Assembly (NCBI GenBank): GCA_003045825.1
Contig: PZPA01000001.1
Coordinates: 1-61,417, forward strand
Source: Bacteroidota bacterium
Lineage (GTDB): Bacteria > Bacteroidota > Bacteroidia > Flavobacteriales > Schleiferiaceae
DNA: 61,417 nt
Reading direction: 5' to 3'
Made by a program: the position numbers and the translations under genes. Position 1 is the stretch's first letter. Every line of letters starts with the position of its first letter. The notes under the pieces are model-generated. The model was not told the origin of the DNA. It did no database searches and saw only the letters and a program-made list of their open reading frames with translations. Positions 18,836-29,041 of this stretch are shown here, piece by piece.

Positions 18836-20092
18836 TTAGAGTAGAAATACATGATCGGGATGCTGTTCTAAAAGCTTCATACCGATAGAATTGATAGTGG
18901 GCGAAGGACTGACTGGTATAAAGTTAGCTCTCGCCCACTCTTCATTTGTGAGGTAATCGTCATGAGTGTAGATTCCAGTAATACTTCCGCGTTCGATAAA
19001 AAGTGCTCCTGTATTTTCGTAAGGAAGTGCCAAAATGAGGCGCTGATGATTACTCGCAACTAATTGGTCCAATGCTTCTCTCTGAGTCCAGTCATTTTTA
19101 CGGGCCAATTGAAGGTAATCGGCCAACCATTGCTGTCCCGTAACGTAGGAACCGAATCTGCGCAATGCCCCGCTTCCAATAGCTTTTTGAACCACCCATT
19201 TCACCTCTCCTCTACCATTCTCATAACTGTACAAACCAAACTTCAAGGACTGCTTCTTTTGTGCCTTATTTAAGGGCGGCCAGTGTTGCCTTATCAGGTG
19301 ATCCTCGTAAATAAGGCTCAATGTTTCGTTTGGGAACAGCTCGTAGGTCAAACTGTGGCATTCCTTCATGAGGCGCTGGTACTTTGTTGAACCTTGGTCC
19401 GTACTGAAATGCTGGGTAATACGACTTTTGATATTATTGGCTTTACCTATATAGAGGGGCATTCCGAATGCGTCTAGGAATTGGTATACCCCTGATTCTT
19501 TGGGTAAATCGTCATAATGATGCGCCGGCATAAGGTCAGGAAGTTGGATGCGCTTGAGCAAGCCCAATTTGGGGTCATTCAACTTTTGATCGTCATAATC
19601 TGCAATGCAGCAATGAACAAGCACCTCTGCGGCACACAACGCATCGCTCAACGCGCGGTGTGGATTATCATTGGCAACCTCCAAAGCCTGCGTAAGATGC
19701 GACAAGGAATACCTGCCAAACTCTGGAAACATGGCTTTCGCATATTTTACCGTACATAATTTTGGCATGCGCCAATTGACGCCGGCTTCCTTAAATGCCC
19801 GTTCAATAAAGCTGTAATCGAAATTCACAGAATGTGCAACAAACACTTCTCCATCTAATTCCTTGAGTAATTCAGGCACTAAGGATTTGAACGTAGGTGC
19901 ATCAGCGACCATATCATCTGTAATTCCAGTTAACATTTGTATGTTATAGGGAATGCTGCGGTCGGGCTTTACGAACGAGGACCACTTGCGCACAATCTTA
20001 TTATGTTCCACATGGACAATACCTATTTCGGTAATGTCGTTTCCATTCGGCCTGCCCCCTGTGGTCTCTATATCTACTACTACGTAATGCAC
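18836..20092 (-). CDS. DEDDh 3'-5' exonuclease fused to a UvrC-like GIY-YIG nuclease
   Basis: VVDIETTG, AHSVNFD and HRALSDA, followed by GVYQF...LYIGKANNIKSRITQHF. Confidence 0.88.
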   Translation of the reverse strand: MHYVVVDIETTGGRPNGNDITEIGIVHVEHNKIVRKWSSFVKPDRSIPYNIQMLTGITDDMVADAPTFKSLVPELLKELDGEVFVAHSVNFDYSFIERAFKEAGVNWRMPKLCTVKYAKAMFPEFGRYSLSHLTQALEVANDNPHRALSDALCAAEVLVHCCIADYDDQKLNDPKLGLLKRIQLPDLMPAHHYDDLPKESGVYQFLDAFGMPLYIGKANNIKSRITQHFSTDQGSTKYQRLMKECHSLTYELFPNETLSLIYEDHLIRQHWPPLNKAQKKQSLKFGLYSYENGRGEVKWVVQKAIGSGALRRFGSYVTGQQWLADYLQLARKNDWTQREALDQLVASNHQRLILALPYENTGALFIERGSITGIYTHDDYLTNEEWARANFIPVSPSPTINSIGMKLLEQHPDHVFLL

Positions 20093-20150
20093 CCTGTAAA
20101 TCTAGGTATACGCGTCTTATTCCTTGTAGTGCAGTTCGTATATTTATCCA

Positions 20151-20615
20151 ATGGAGAGTATCGCTTTTATTTTACTGATCGTCGGCGTAATTGGATCGGT
20201 TCTTCCGCTATTACCCGGCCCTTTATTATCATCCGTAGGCTTGATTCTTTTTGCACAAACAAATGACCTTTCGCAGAATGCTGGATTTTGGCTGTACCTC
20301 TGGGCAATCACAGGATTGTTATTTTTTATTGGCGATTATCTTTTGCCTGGTATCATAACGAAACGAGGCGGTGGGTCAAAAGAAGCTACACGCGGCGCAA
20401 CGATTGGCTTACTCTTGGGATTAATAACCGGACCGGGAATGTTTATAGGCGCTTTTGTTGGAGCGTTTATCGGTCAATACCGCTCGAACACTAATATCGT
20501 CAAGAGTCTACGTAGCGCTTTATTAGCCACTCTAGGTATAGTCCTTGGTATCATTGGTAAATTAATCTATACCGTGGTTGCCGTTGCGTTGGTATTGTTA
20601 CTAGTTTCGACTTGA
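20151..20615 (+). CDS. DUF456 family membrane protein
   Basis: GSVLPLLPG, KRGGGSK and GAFVGAFIG. Confidence 0.8.
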   Translation: MESIAFILLIVGVIGSVLPLLPGPLLSSVGLILFAQTNDLSQNAGFWLYLWAITGLLFFIGDYLLPGIITKRGGGSKEATRGATIGLLLGLITGPGMFIGAFVGAFIGQYRSNTNIVKSLRSALLATLGIVLGIIGKLIYTVVAVALVLLLVST

Positions 20616-21160
20616 TGATAATGGATATACAGCTCAGCCCTTCCTTCTCGATCACCTACCCTGATATGACCTTCCCCGATGGGATTACCCTGGTCACGGG
20701 CCCTTCTGGAGTGGGAAAAACAACATTACTTCGTGCGCTTCACGGTGAGTTGGGAACAAGTTTTTCTTCAATCGTAAAAGGACAAAAAACATCGTTAATG
20801 CCACAACAGCAGTACTGGATTGGCTACATGACGATGTACGAGCAGCTTTCGATGACGGCAGGCGAACAATGGCAAACCATAGCGGAAACCTTGGGACTTC
20901 AATCCCACTTTCACAAATTACCGGACCAATTAAGCATAGGCCAACAGCAACGTTTCTGGTTGTCTTGGGTACTTGCAGATAATGCGGATTGGATACTATT
21001 GGATGAACCTACGAGCGCCCTCGACGATGATTGGGCAACTGCAGCGATTAGTCTATTTGATCGGTTTCGCCGTGAGAATGTAAAGGCAAAAATGATTATC
21101 GTAACCCATGATGTTCGATTGCTTCAAGGAAACATCCACAACCACCGCATCGCTTTATGA
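20612..21160 (+). CDS. ABC transporter ATP-binding protein (minimal)
   Basis: Walker A GPSGVGKTT, signature LSIGQQQR, Walker B LLDEPT and H-loop VTHD. Confidence 0.85.
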   Translation: MMIMDIQLSPSFSITYPDMTFPDGITLVTGPSGVGKTTLLRALHGELGTSFSSIVKGQKTSLMPQQQYWIGYMTMYEQLSMTAGEQWQTIAETLGLQSHFHKLPDQLSIGQQQRFWLSWVLADNADWILLDEPTSALDDDWATAAISLFDRFRRENVKAKMIIVTHDVRLLQGNIHNHRIAL

Positions 21161-22236
21161 GGATTGTGCTGAAAATATGGAGGGCACAATTGCGCAAACG
21201 ATGGGTAGTTCTAGGCATCGCCCTACTCCTCTCGTTTATAACTTCAATACTACTCCATTTACCCAGCGCCACGCAACGTTACATCTATGAACGTTGGCAA
21301 GAAAGCGCTTCTTTGGTGGACGTCGTGATCGGGTACAAAGGTGCACCGACGCAGATTATTGCGAGTTCACTTTACCGAATGGAAAACCCCACTGGAAATT
21401 TACCTAGCGCTACGGCTGAGTACTGGAGAAAACACCCGCTTGTTCAAGAGGCTTGCGCCATATCCCTTGGCGATAATATAGAAGGGATTCCCGTCGTGGG
21501 GACCGATTCTAATTACTTCGATTGGTTCGGTATTACTTTCGACCAAGGCAAACAACCCACGAATCCTGATGAAATCGCTGTTAGTACTGTGCTTGCGATG
21601 CGAAACAACCTGAGTTTGGGAGCGGCGCTTCACTCCTCTCACGGTAGTGACTCAAGGGGTGCTACACACGCACATCACGATCTTAAGGTTGTAGGAATTT
21701 TCAATGCTGAGCGTTCAGCAGATGAGCAAGCATATTTCGTGACTAATGCAGCATATGCCGGCATGCATAGTTCTGTTAAAGAAGAGTTTACGTCATTATT
21801 AATGAAGTTAAAGTCTAAGTCTGGTTTGTTGATGTTGCCGGGAGTGATTTCAAAACGAACCAATGAACAAGGTGCCTTCCCCGTATTCATCTTTGGCCAA
21901 TTGCAAAAGCAGTGGCAGCCAACTTTAGATCGTGCCGCAATCTACGGAAGAATGGTGTCGATTTTTGTGGCATTACTTTTTATCGGATTTCTCTTTTTTA
22001 TTGGCATGACGGAACGATCCACAGTGTTGTTGCTTCGTATCAAAGGAATCTCAAAGTCGGTAGTTTTTACAGCTACTTATGGGCTATATATCTTCTCAGG
22101 GTTACTAGGACTGATCGCTGGTTTAACTTTGTTTGACATTATGGGACTTTCTTTGAGTCTTATGAATGCAGGCCTAGGCTTACTTCCGTTAGTAGTATCC
22201 ACCATTTTATTGTACATCAATCTGAATAAGCAATGA
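21157..22236 (+). CDS. ABC transporter permease, MacB/FtsX-like, with His-rich periplasmic loop
   Basis: DVVIGYKG, PTGN, ISLGD, PVVGT and HSSHG...HAHH, with C-terminal TM segments. Confidence 0.75.
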   Translation: MRIVLKIWRAQLRKRWVVLGIALLLSFITSILLHLPSATQRYIYERWQESASLVDVVIGYKGAPTQIIASSLYRMENPTGNLPSATAEYWRKHPLVQEACAISLGDNIEGIPVVGTDSNYFDWFGITFDQGKQPTNPDEIAVSTVLAMRNNLSLGAALHSSHGSDSRGATHAHHDLKVVGIFNAERSADEQAYFVTNAAYAGMHSSVKEEFTSLLMKLKSKSGLLMLPGVISKRTNEQGAFPVFIFGQLQKQWQPTLDRAAIYGRMVSIFVALLFIGFLFFIGMTERSTVLLLRIKGISKSVVFTATYGLYIFSGLLGLIAGLTLFDIMGLSLSLMNAGLGLLPLVVSTILLYINLNKQ

Positions 22237-22649
22237 AAAGAATCATACTCGCTACTGTCTTTAGTTTGATCGCCAGTCCTGCATTTTCCCAAAAGGTCGT
22301 CCCATGGGAGCTGTTGGCAGTGCCTTACTCCACAACTCCTGATGGACTGTATTCTCCACAATTTCCTTCCTATTTGGATGCTTATGAGTTGCAAGAGGTT
22401 GTACTCCAAGGGTATCTCGTTCCTGTAGATGTCGAAGGGAGTCAATATGCGTTAAGTCGTTATGCATTTTCCAGTTGTTTTTTTTGCGGAAATGCCGAAC
22501 CAAATACCGTAGTCGAATTACTCTTCAAGGAACGCCCAGATGCGCTAATTACGGATCAGTTCGTAGTTGTGAAAGGACTACTAGTCTTCAATAAAAAGGA
22601 CCCCTATCGACTCTTCTTTATTTTGAAAAATGTAGAATTCGCAGGATGA
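22233..22649 (+). CDS. DUF3299-like exported protein
   Basis: Signal peptide, VVLQGYLVP and SSCFFCG. Confidence 0.7.
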   Translation: MKRIILATVFSLIASPAFSQKVVPWELLAVPYSTTPDGLYSPQFPSYLDAYELQEVVLQGYLVPVDVEGSQYALSRYAFSSCFFCGNAEPNTVVELLFKERPDALITDQFVVVKGLLVFNKKDPYRLFFILKNVEFAG

Positions 22650-23065
22650 AACAGCGAGCACTTCTTTTTTTTACTTTCCTAAGTACTCTAGGCTTCGCGC
22701 AGGAACGATTGACGTGGAATACGTTTGAACGCCTGGTTTTTGAAGAAGTCTATGAACCCACCACAGCGAGTTGGGTTCAGGTACCCGTATGGTCAGATGA
22801 ATTACGAAAATGGAACGGGAAACGGGTCAAAATCACGGGCTATGTTATCGCGTTAGATGCGGTAAGTGAGACTTATGCTCTAAGCGCCTTTCCCTTCTCA
22901 AGCTGTTTTTTTTGTGGGGCAGCGGGCCCGGAAAGTGTTTTAGAATTGGACCTGAAGTCTAGCAAAGTGTATCTGACAGACGATGTGATCACCTTTACTG
23001 GTCTGTTGCAGCTGAATGAAGATCCACTAAAGTTCCCGCTCACATTAAAAGAAGCAAGTGAATGA
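22646..23065 (+). CDS. DUF3299-like exported protein (paralog of the preceding gene)
   Basis: Signal peptide, GKRVKITGYV and SSCFFCGAAGPESV. Confidence 0.75.
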   Translation: MKQRALLFFTFLSTLGFAQERLTWNTFERLVFEEVYEPTTASWVQVPVWSDELRKWNGKRVKITGYVIALDAVSETYALSAFPFSSCFFCGAAGPESVLELDLKSSKVYLTDDVITFTGLLQLNEDPLKFPLTLKEASE

Positions 23066-24063
23066 AGTATTTAAAAAGAATAGCAATAAGTGCTCTTGCC
23101 CTACTCCTTCTTGTCACGTCCTTCTATTTCACGGGCCCCACAACGAAGGCACCAACCTATGACCTGTCCTTTCCTTCCATACAAACGCCACTTGCGACTA
23201 TTAATGACAGCTTAGCGAAGTTTGACGCTCAAGCTGGAGCAGAACCTTGTGCATTAAGCACCGTCGATTGGTTCGATAGCATTGTTCCTACCGAATATGT
23301 ACTGCTCTATCTTCATGGTTTCAGTGCTTCTCAACACGAGGGTGATTCTGTTCGATATTGGGTAGCGGATCATTTAAAGGCCAATGCCTTTTACCCTAGG
23401 ATTGCAGGTCATGGTTTAATAGAGCCTGATTCATTAAGATATGCGACCTACACAGCAACAGAGGCTTGGGAAAAAGCGAAAAAGGACTTTGCTTTGGCCA
23501 CTACTTTAGGTCATAAAGTCATTATCATGTCTTGTAGTACAGGTACTCCCCTTGCCATCAAGTTGGCAGCAACATTTCCGGATAAGGTACATGCTCTAGT
23601 CAATTATAGTCCCAATATTCGATTGCATGATCCCTTAGCGAGCTTGACGAACGGCCCATGGGGTTTGGATTTGCTCAAATGGATATCGGGCCAGGAATAT
23701 AGGGACCTGGCTCCTCGGGAAGACGGCGTCACTGAGGATTGTAAACACCGCTCCTACAGTTGGGAGAGTGTGATAGAAATGCAATGGCTACTGGAGACCA
23801 CGATGACAGTCGAAACTTTTAAAGCCGTTAGAGCCCCGTCACTCACTATGATGTGGAATGAATCAGTAGAGGTACGCGACAAGGTAGTGAGCGTTGAAAA
23901 AGCACAATGGATGCATGCTAATTTAAGCTCACCTTTAAAACAATGGGCCAATTGCGCTTGCAAAGACCATGTGATTCATAACCACCAGACTAGCTCCGAA
24001 GCAGTGAACGTTTATGAAACTACTTTGGTGTTTTTAAATAATTGTTCTACCCATGCTCTTTGA
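23062..24063 (+). CDS. Alpha/beta hydrolase (esterase/lipase-like), membrane-anchored
   Basis: LYLHGFSAS oxyanion motif, nucleophile elbow SCSTG, RDKVV Asp and DHVI His. Confidence 0.8.
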   Translation: MKYLKRIAISALALLLLVTSFYFTGPTTKAPTYDLSFPSIQTPLATINDSLAKFDAQAGAEPCALSTVDWFDSIVPTEYVLLYLHGFSASQHEGDSVRYWVADHLKANAFYPRIAGHGLIEPDSLRYATYTATEAWEKAKKDFALATTLGHKVIIMSCSTGTPLAIKLAATFPDKVHALVNYSPNIRLHDPLASLTNGPWGLDLLKWISGQEYRDLAPREDGVTEDCKHRSYSWESVIEMQWLLETTMTVETFKAVRAPSLTMMWNESVEVRDKVVSVEKAQWMHANLSSPLKQWANCACKDHVIHNHQTSSEAVNVYETTLVFLNNCSTHAL

Positions 24064-25510
24064 TTCACCACAGTGGTTGTGGGGAACAGCCTTAGCTCTT
24101 TTGGTACCCATTATTCATTTATTGGGACAACGATCAATAAAACCCATCCCCATTCCATCTTTAATGTGGTTGGACAAATTCAAAACACAAGATCGGCGAC
24201 GCAATAAGTTGAAAGAATGGCTGCTCGTTCTACTTAGAATGTTGGTGATAGCACTCTTCTTTTTTTCGTTAGCAAGTCCTAGAATACCTCGAGATTCAAC
24301 CACTATTTTGATTGATAATTCACCTGCACTTTGGTCTCGAAAGGCGTATTGGTTGCCGGAAGCATTAAAACAATTACCTAAGGGTACGTATACCGTAAAC
24401 GTTCGTGGCGGGATTGGGATAGGAACCCTTCGAGCAGACGAAGTAGTTGAAGCCCTAAAGGATTGGCCTGCGTCAGAAGCACCTCTTCAAGACTATGAAA
24501 ACAGCTATATTCTGTCGGCCGGTTATTCTGTTTTACCAGAAGGAGCGTCAACGTACGTCCTACCTAAACGAAGCTCAGTTTTCAATGCTTTGGTAAAAGA
24601 AGTTCGAGCTAATGCAAAGGAGCAATGGTTTACAATAACAAACGGCACACATAGCGGTGAATGGGAAGTCCGTGACTCAAATACTTTAATTCTTCAAGAA
24701 GCCGATAGTATTGTTCGTGTTCCATGGTGGTCTATCGAGGCGGAAGAGTTGGTTCTATCCTATTCAGGCGACTCCATAATTGAAGATAATAACCACCTTC
24801 TTTACCGACCAAATTCCCTACCAATCATTGAATTAATAACCCCTGGCGCTCCTGGCCTCGCTTCACTTCCGATACAGAACAAGGTGGTGTATAGGAATAC
24901 AGGCGACCTTCAAAAATTGCCAACCTCCGCGATTCTTGTATTGAATGGATTTTCCTTCGTCCCTGAAGAGTTGAAAAATGAAGGGTATGTACTCCTGCGT
25001 TTTTCAAATGAACAAACAGCCGTGCTTGATCAAGAGGTTATCCCCGTTCTCGAAGATCCCTTTTATACCGATTTCTTCATTGGGGCATCGGAGCGAAACC
25101 GTTGGCCATCTCCAAAAAAATGGTCTGGAGAAGCATTTACCGGCCTTACGCCATTTCTAAAAACGAAACGCGATGTCGTGCTGTCGGGATGGCGAAAACT
25201 CCCTGATGGCGCCGTACTCTACGAGCAATCCTTTCCCATAGCAGATGCGGGACATCCTTATTATAAGGCCCTGCTCCAGTGGGCTTCAGAACAGCAGCAG
25301 GAAGGAATGCGCTCTTCTCTCGTGAATTATGGAGAAGATGGATATGATTCAAATATTACCCAATTAGATCAGACGAAGGTCCAGTATTATAGCTGGGTGA
25401 AATCGGTCAAAGAAGTACAGAAATCGGTCCAATTTTGGACAGAAAGTAAAATAGCTTTGGCACTTGCATTGTTTTGCGCCCTAATTGCACTTATTTTTGC
25501 TAAAATTTAA
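24053..25510 (+). CDS. BatA N-terminal domain membrane protein
   Basis: F-x-x-P-x-WLW...PIIHL...PSL...LLVLLR...LASP, a vWA-like ILIDNS and a C-terminal TM segment. Confidence 0.8.
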   Translation: MLFDSPQWLWGTALALLVPIIHLLGQRSIKPIPIPSLMWLDKFKTQDRRRNKLKEWLLVLLRMLVIALFFFSLASPRIPRDSTTILIDNSPALWSRKAYWLPEALKQLPKGTYTVNVRGGIGIGTLRADEVVEALKDWPASEAPLQDYENSYILSAGYSVLPEGASTYVLPKRSSVFNALVKEVRANAKEQWFTITNGTHSGEWEVRDSNTLILQEADSIVRVPWWSIEAEELVLSYSGDSIIEDNNHLLYRPNSLPIIELITPGAPGLASLPIQNKVVYRNTGDLQKLPTSAILVLNGFSFVPEELKNEGYVLLRFSNEQTAVLDQEVIPVLEDPFYTDFFIGASERNRWPSPKKWSGEAFTGLTPFLKTKRDVVLSGWRKLPDGAVLYEQSFPIADAGHPYYKALLQWASEQQQEGMRSSLVNYGEDGYDSNITQLDQTKVQYYSWVKSVKEVQKSVQFWTESKIALALALFCALIALIFAKI

Positions 25511-25515
25511 TCGAG

Positions 25516-26760
25516 ATGCAACTCCTATTTAAAAATGCCTACGTAGTTGACGTTCATAGTCCTTACCATTTACAAACCGTAGACATTTTAGTTGAAGGAT
25601 CTCAAATTACTTCTATAGGCGATCTCCCTGAGATGGATTGCCCATCCGTAGATTTAGAGGGTGCAACATTAACCACTGGTTTTGCAGAATTGCACAGTGA
25701 TCTTGGAGAGCCTGGAAATGAGGAATGCGAAACGTTGGAGACAGGTGCTGCAGCGGCGGCTTCCGGTGGCTTTACTGCAGTAGGTGTGGTTAGTAATGGA
25801 ACTCCGGGAATTGATAATAAAACAGGTATAGAATTCATATTAAGTAAAGGCGAAAGCACGGCGATCAATCTTGTACCTGTAGGATCGGCTAGTAAATCTA
25901 GTGCTGGTGAGGAGATGAGTGACATGTTCGATATGTACCAGCATGGCACAATCTTGTTTGGAGATTACAAGCAAGGCATGCGAAATGCGAATCTTTTAAA
26001 ATTGGCTCTTTTATACAGTAAACCTTTTGGTCGCATCATGGTGCACCCAGAAGATGCGAATTTGGCGGCCAACGGTAAGGTTCATGAAGGTGTAACCTCT
26101 ACGTATATAGGCTTAAAAGGAATCCCAGATATTGCAGAATCTGTTCAAATAGCGCGCGATCTAAAGTTGTTGGAATATACTGAAGGCAGCATGCACATTG
26201 CCAGTGTGAGCACTTCCGAAGGAATTAAGGCTGTTCGTGATGCGAAATCAAAAGGACTCAACCTCACCTGTAGCGTTAATATCCACCACTTACTTTTCGA
26301 CGAAACAGCAGTAGCAACGTACGATACGAACTTTAAAGTAGCTCCGCCCTTACGCACTACTGAAGACCAGAACGCGCTTTGGGATGCCTTGCAAGACGGT
26401 ACAGTCGATTGTTTAACTGTGGACCACCTTCCTAGCGATATTGAGTTAAAGGCATGCGAATTCGATAATGCATCTTTCGGAATGGCGGGATTTGAAGGCG
26501 CCTTGGTACATCTATTGGATGCGAAGAAATTGGATTGGGAACTCTTACAGAAACTATGTTCTTCCAATCCTAGAGATTTGCTTGGTCTGCCTGAATTAAA
26601 GATTGTCGAAGGAGGCATAGCAGAATTCACTATACTGGATGAAAACGGTTCGGATTTAACCGGATTTGCGTCTAAAGCCTATAATAATCCGTTCAAGGGA
26701 ACTACGACTAAGTACCGAGTGGTTGGGGTTTATGTCAATGGAAAATACCTAGGTAACTAA
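25516..26760 (+). CDS. Dihydroorotase-like protein (amidohydrolase fold; metal motif degenerate)
   Basis: EPG, AAASGGFT, KVAPPLR and DHLP are present, but the HxH motif reads ELHSDLG. Confidence 0.8.
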   Translation: MQLLFKNAYVVDVHSPYHLQTVDILVEGSQITSIGDLPEMDCPSVDLEGATLTTGFAELHSDLGEPGNEECETLETGAAAAASGGFTAVGVVSNGTPGIDNKTGIEFILSKGESTAINLVPVGSASKSSAGEEMSDMFDMYQHGTILFGDYKQGMRNANLLKLALLYSKPFGRIMVHPEDANLAANGKVHEGVTSTYIGLKGIPDIAESVQIARDLKLLEYTEGSMHIASVSTSEGIKAVRDAKSKGLNLTCSVNIHHLLFDETAVATYDTNFKVAPPLRTTEDQNALWDALQDGTVDCLTVDHLPSDIELKACEFDNASFGMAGFEGALVHLLDAKKLDWELLQKLCSSNPRDLLGLPELKIVEGGIAEFTILDENGSDLTGFASKAYNNPFKGTTTKYRVVGVYVNGKYLGN

Positions 26761-27539
26761 ATCGTAACTGGAATACGTAGCCCATCGAAACTAAGCTGCA
26801 TCCCTTCGGGCAACTCTTTCTCCACATCTTCATGCTTCCCCATGTAGTGGCTCATGTGTATAAAGTAAGTGTGTCTCGCTCCTATTTTAGTTGCCCATTC
26901 TATAGCCTGTGTCAGATTAAAGTGGCTATAATGTTCCTTTCTGTGAAGCGCATCTAAGATCAAATAGTTTAAGCCACTCAACTGCTCCATCGCTTCATCG
27001 GGAATGTCGTTAACATCCGTTAAATAGGCAGTGTCGCCAATTCTATAGCCTAAAATGGGAAGGTTACCGTGGTTTATACCAAGCGGAAGTACTTCTACCC
27101 CATTTATGGTAAAAGCCAATTCTGCTTCAATTGATGTAGTTGTAAAACTGGGGGCTCCAGGATACGGCTGTGCTTTGAAAGCGTAGTCGAATGCCTTTTT
27201 AATTCTATCTAAAACACGTTGCTGACCGTAAAGAGCCATTTCTTTGCGAACACGAAAAATGATTGGTCGAACATCGTCTAAACCCGCGACATGATCTTGA
27301 TGTTCATGAGTGAACAATACGGCATCCACATGGGTCAATCCTTCACGTAACATCTGGGTACGAAAATCAGGGCCGGTATCTATTTGAAGCGAAAGGCCTG
27401 CAAACTGAATATGTACCGAGCTTCTTGTCCTGTTATCCCTGACATCCTTGCTCATGCAAACTTCGCAATCACAGCCAATCACTGGAACTCCTTGAGAAGT
27501 TCCAGAACCTAAAAATATCAATTCCCCTCTTTGGCTCAT
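26757..27539 (-). CDS. MBL-fold metallo-hydrolase (PhnP/YcfH-like phosphodiesterase)
   Basis: GSGTSQGVP.IGCDCEVC, THEHQDHVAG, YLTD and HMSH. Confidence 0.9.
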   Translation of the reverse strand: MSQRGELIFLGSGTSQGVPVIGCDCEVCMSKDVRDNRTRSSVHIQFAGLSLQIDTGPDFRTQMLREGLTHVDAVLFTHEHQDHVAGLDDVRPIIFRVRKEMALYGQQRVLDRIKKAFDYAFKAQPYPGAPSFTTTSIEAELAFTINGVEVLPLGINHGNLPILGYRIGDTAYLTDVNDIPDEAMEQLSGLNYLILDALHRKEHYSHFNLTQAIEWATKIGARHTYFIHMSHYMGKHEDVEKELPEGMQLSFDGLRIPVTI

Positions 27540-27627
27540 TCTTTGTTTGTATTTAGCGCTTTTACATTCTTAAGGATGAAGACTAAATGTTACTTTTGTT
27601 TCAGTGATTAACCTATCAGCTAACCGC

Positions 27628-29040
27628 ATGAATGACCGCGTCATCTTAACCACCGCCCAAAAGGCACTTAAAATTAACCTAAACTCAGAGATTTATGGCA
27701 CCTTCGCCGAAATAGGCGCAGGACAAGAGACCGTGCGAGAGTTTTTTAGGGCCGGTGCAGCTTCTGGTACCATCGCAAAGGCAATGAGCGCCTACGATAA
27801 AGCATTTTCTGATGACATTTACGGTATAGAAGAAGATAACAGATACGTGACTGAAAGTAGGTTACGTAAGATGCTTAAGCACGAATACAATCTCATAGAA
27901 AAACGTTTAGACCGCAACCTGCATCCAGATAAAATGTATTTCGCATATGCAAATACAGTTGCAACCATAAATTTTACAAAGACCTTCAAAGGTCACGGAT
28001 GGATGGGAATTCGTTTCCAAACGGATCCTTCAAAGGAAACGAACGAAATTATAATTCACTTCAGACTTGGAGAGAATGAGGCGAAGCATCAACAAGAGAC
28101 CGTCGGTAGGCTTGGAACGAATCTCATTTTTGGTGCGTATAATTATTTTGAAGATCCCAAGTTCTTTTTATCTACGCTTTACGATAATATTGACAAAGAT
28201 GCTATCGAGATTGACTTAATCAATTTTTCAGGCCCAGACTTCGAAGTGGTAGATAATCGTTTAATGTCTTTACAGTTGATCAAAAATGGCTACACTGAAG
28301 CTGTAATATTCGGGCCAGAAGGAAACAATCTATTGCCAGCAGAATTACTTTATAAAAAGAATATTCTTGCCATGCGAGGTTCATTCCGTCCTGTTACACG
28401 AGTAAACATGGACATGATCAAACGTGGCTACGATTTGTTTTCCAATGACAAAAAGGTCAATCCTGACCGTACAGTAGTATTATGGGAAATCACCTTGAAC
28501 AATCTTTTGGCGGACGGCGAATTAGACGAACAAGATTTCTTAGATCGAGCAGAAATACTTTGCAGTTTGGGACAGACCGTACTGATATCAAACTACCAGG
28601 AGTACTATAAACTCGTAGATTACTTTGGTCGCTTCTCAAAGAAACGTCAAGGATTGGTAATGGGAGTAAATAATCTTAGTGAGTTGTTTGATGAGAAATA
28701 CTACCGCGATTTGCAAGGAGGTATACTTGAGGCGTTCGGTAGAATTTTCTCCAAGGATTTGAAGATACTGGTCTACCCGTTCCAAGAAAATGAAACCGCA
28801 AAAGTCCTAAGAAAGGAAGATGCAGAAGTTCATCCAAGGTTTAGACCCATTATAGATTACTTAAACTTTCACAACCGCATTATTGATATCGAGCACATTG
28901 ACGAAGAGATAAAAAATATTTTCTCTCGCGACGTTCTGCGTAAAATCCGTTCTGGTGAAGAGGGTTGGGAAAGCTGTTTGCCGCAATACGTGGATCGCGT
29001 CATTAAGGAAAAGGAGCTTTTCGGCTACACAGCAGACTAA
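27628..29040 (+). CDS. Conserved cytoplasmic protein with CinA-like and nucleotidyltransferase-like regions
   Basis: AEIGAGQE...GAASGTIAK and RGSFRPVT. No signal peptide. ATG 27628 follows a TACTTTTG -7 element at 27591. Confidence 0.55.
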   Translation: MNDRVILTTAQKALKINLNSEIYGTFAEIGAGQETVREFFRAGAASGTIAKAMSAYDKAFSDDIYGIEEDNRYVTESRLRKMLKHEYNLIEKRLDRNLHPDKMYFAYANTVATINFTKTFKGHGWMGIRFQTDPSKETNEIIIHFRLGENEAKHQQETVGRLGTNLIFGAYNYFEDPKFFLSTLYDNIDKDAIEIDLINFSGPDFEVVDNRLMSLQLIKNGYTEAVIFGPEGNNLLPAELLYKKNILAMRGSFRPVTRVNMDMIKRGYDLFSNDKKVNPDRTVVLWEITLNNLLADGELDEQDFLDRAEILCSLGQTVLISNYQEYYKLVDYFGRFSKKRQGLVMGVNNLSELFDEKYYRDLQGGILEAFGRIFSKDLKILVYPFQENETAKVLRKEDAEVHPRFRPIIDYLNFHNRIIDIEHIDEEIKNIFSRDVLRKIRSGEEGWESCLPQYVDRVIKEKELFGYTAD

Positions 29041-29041
29041 T

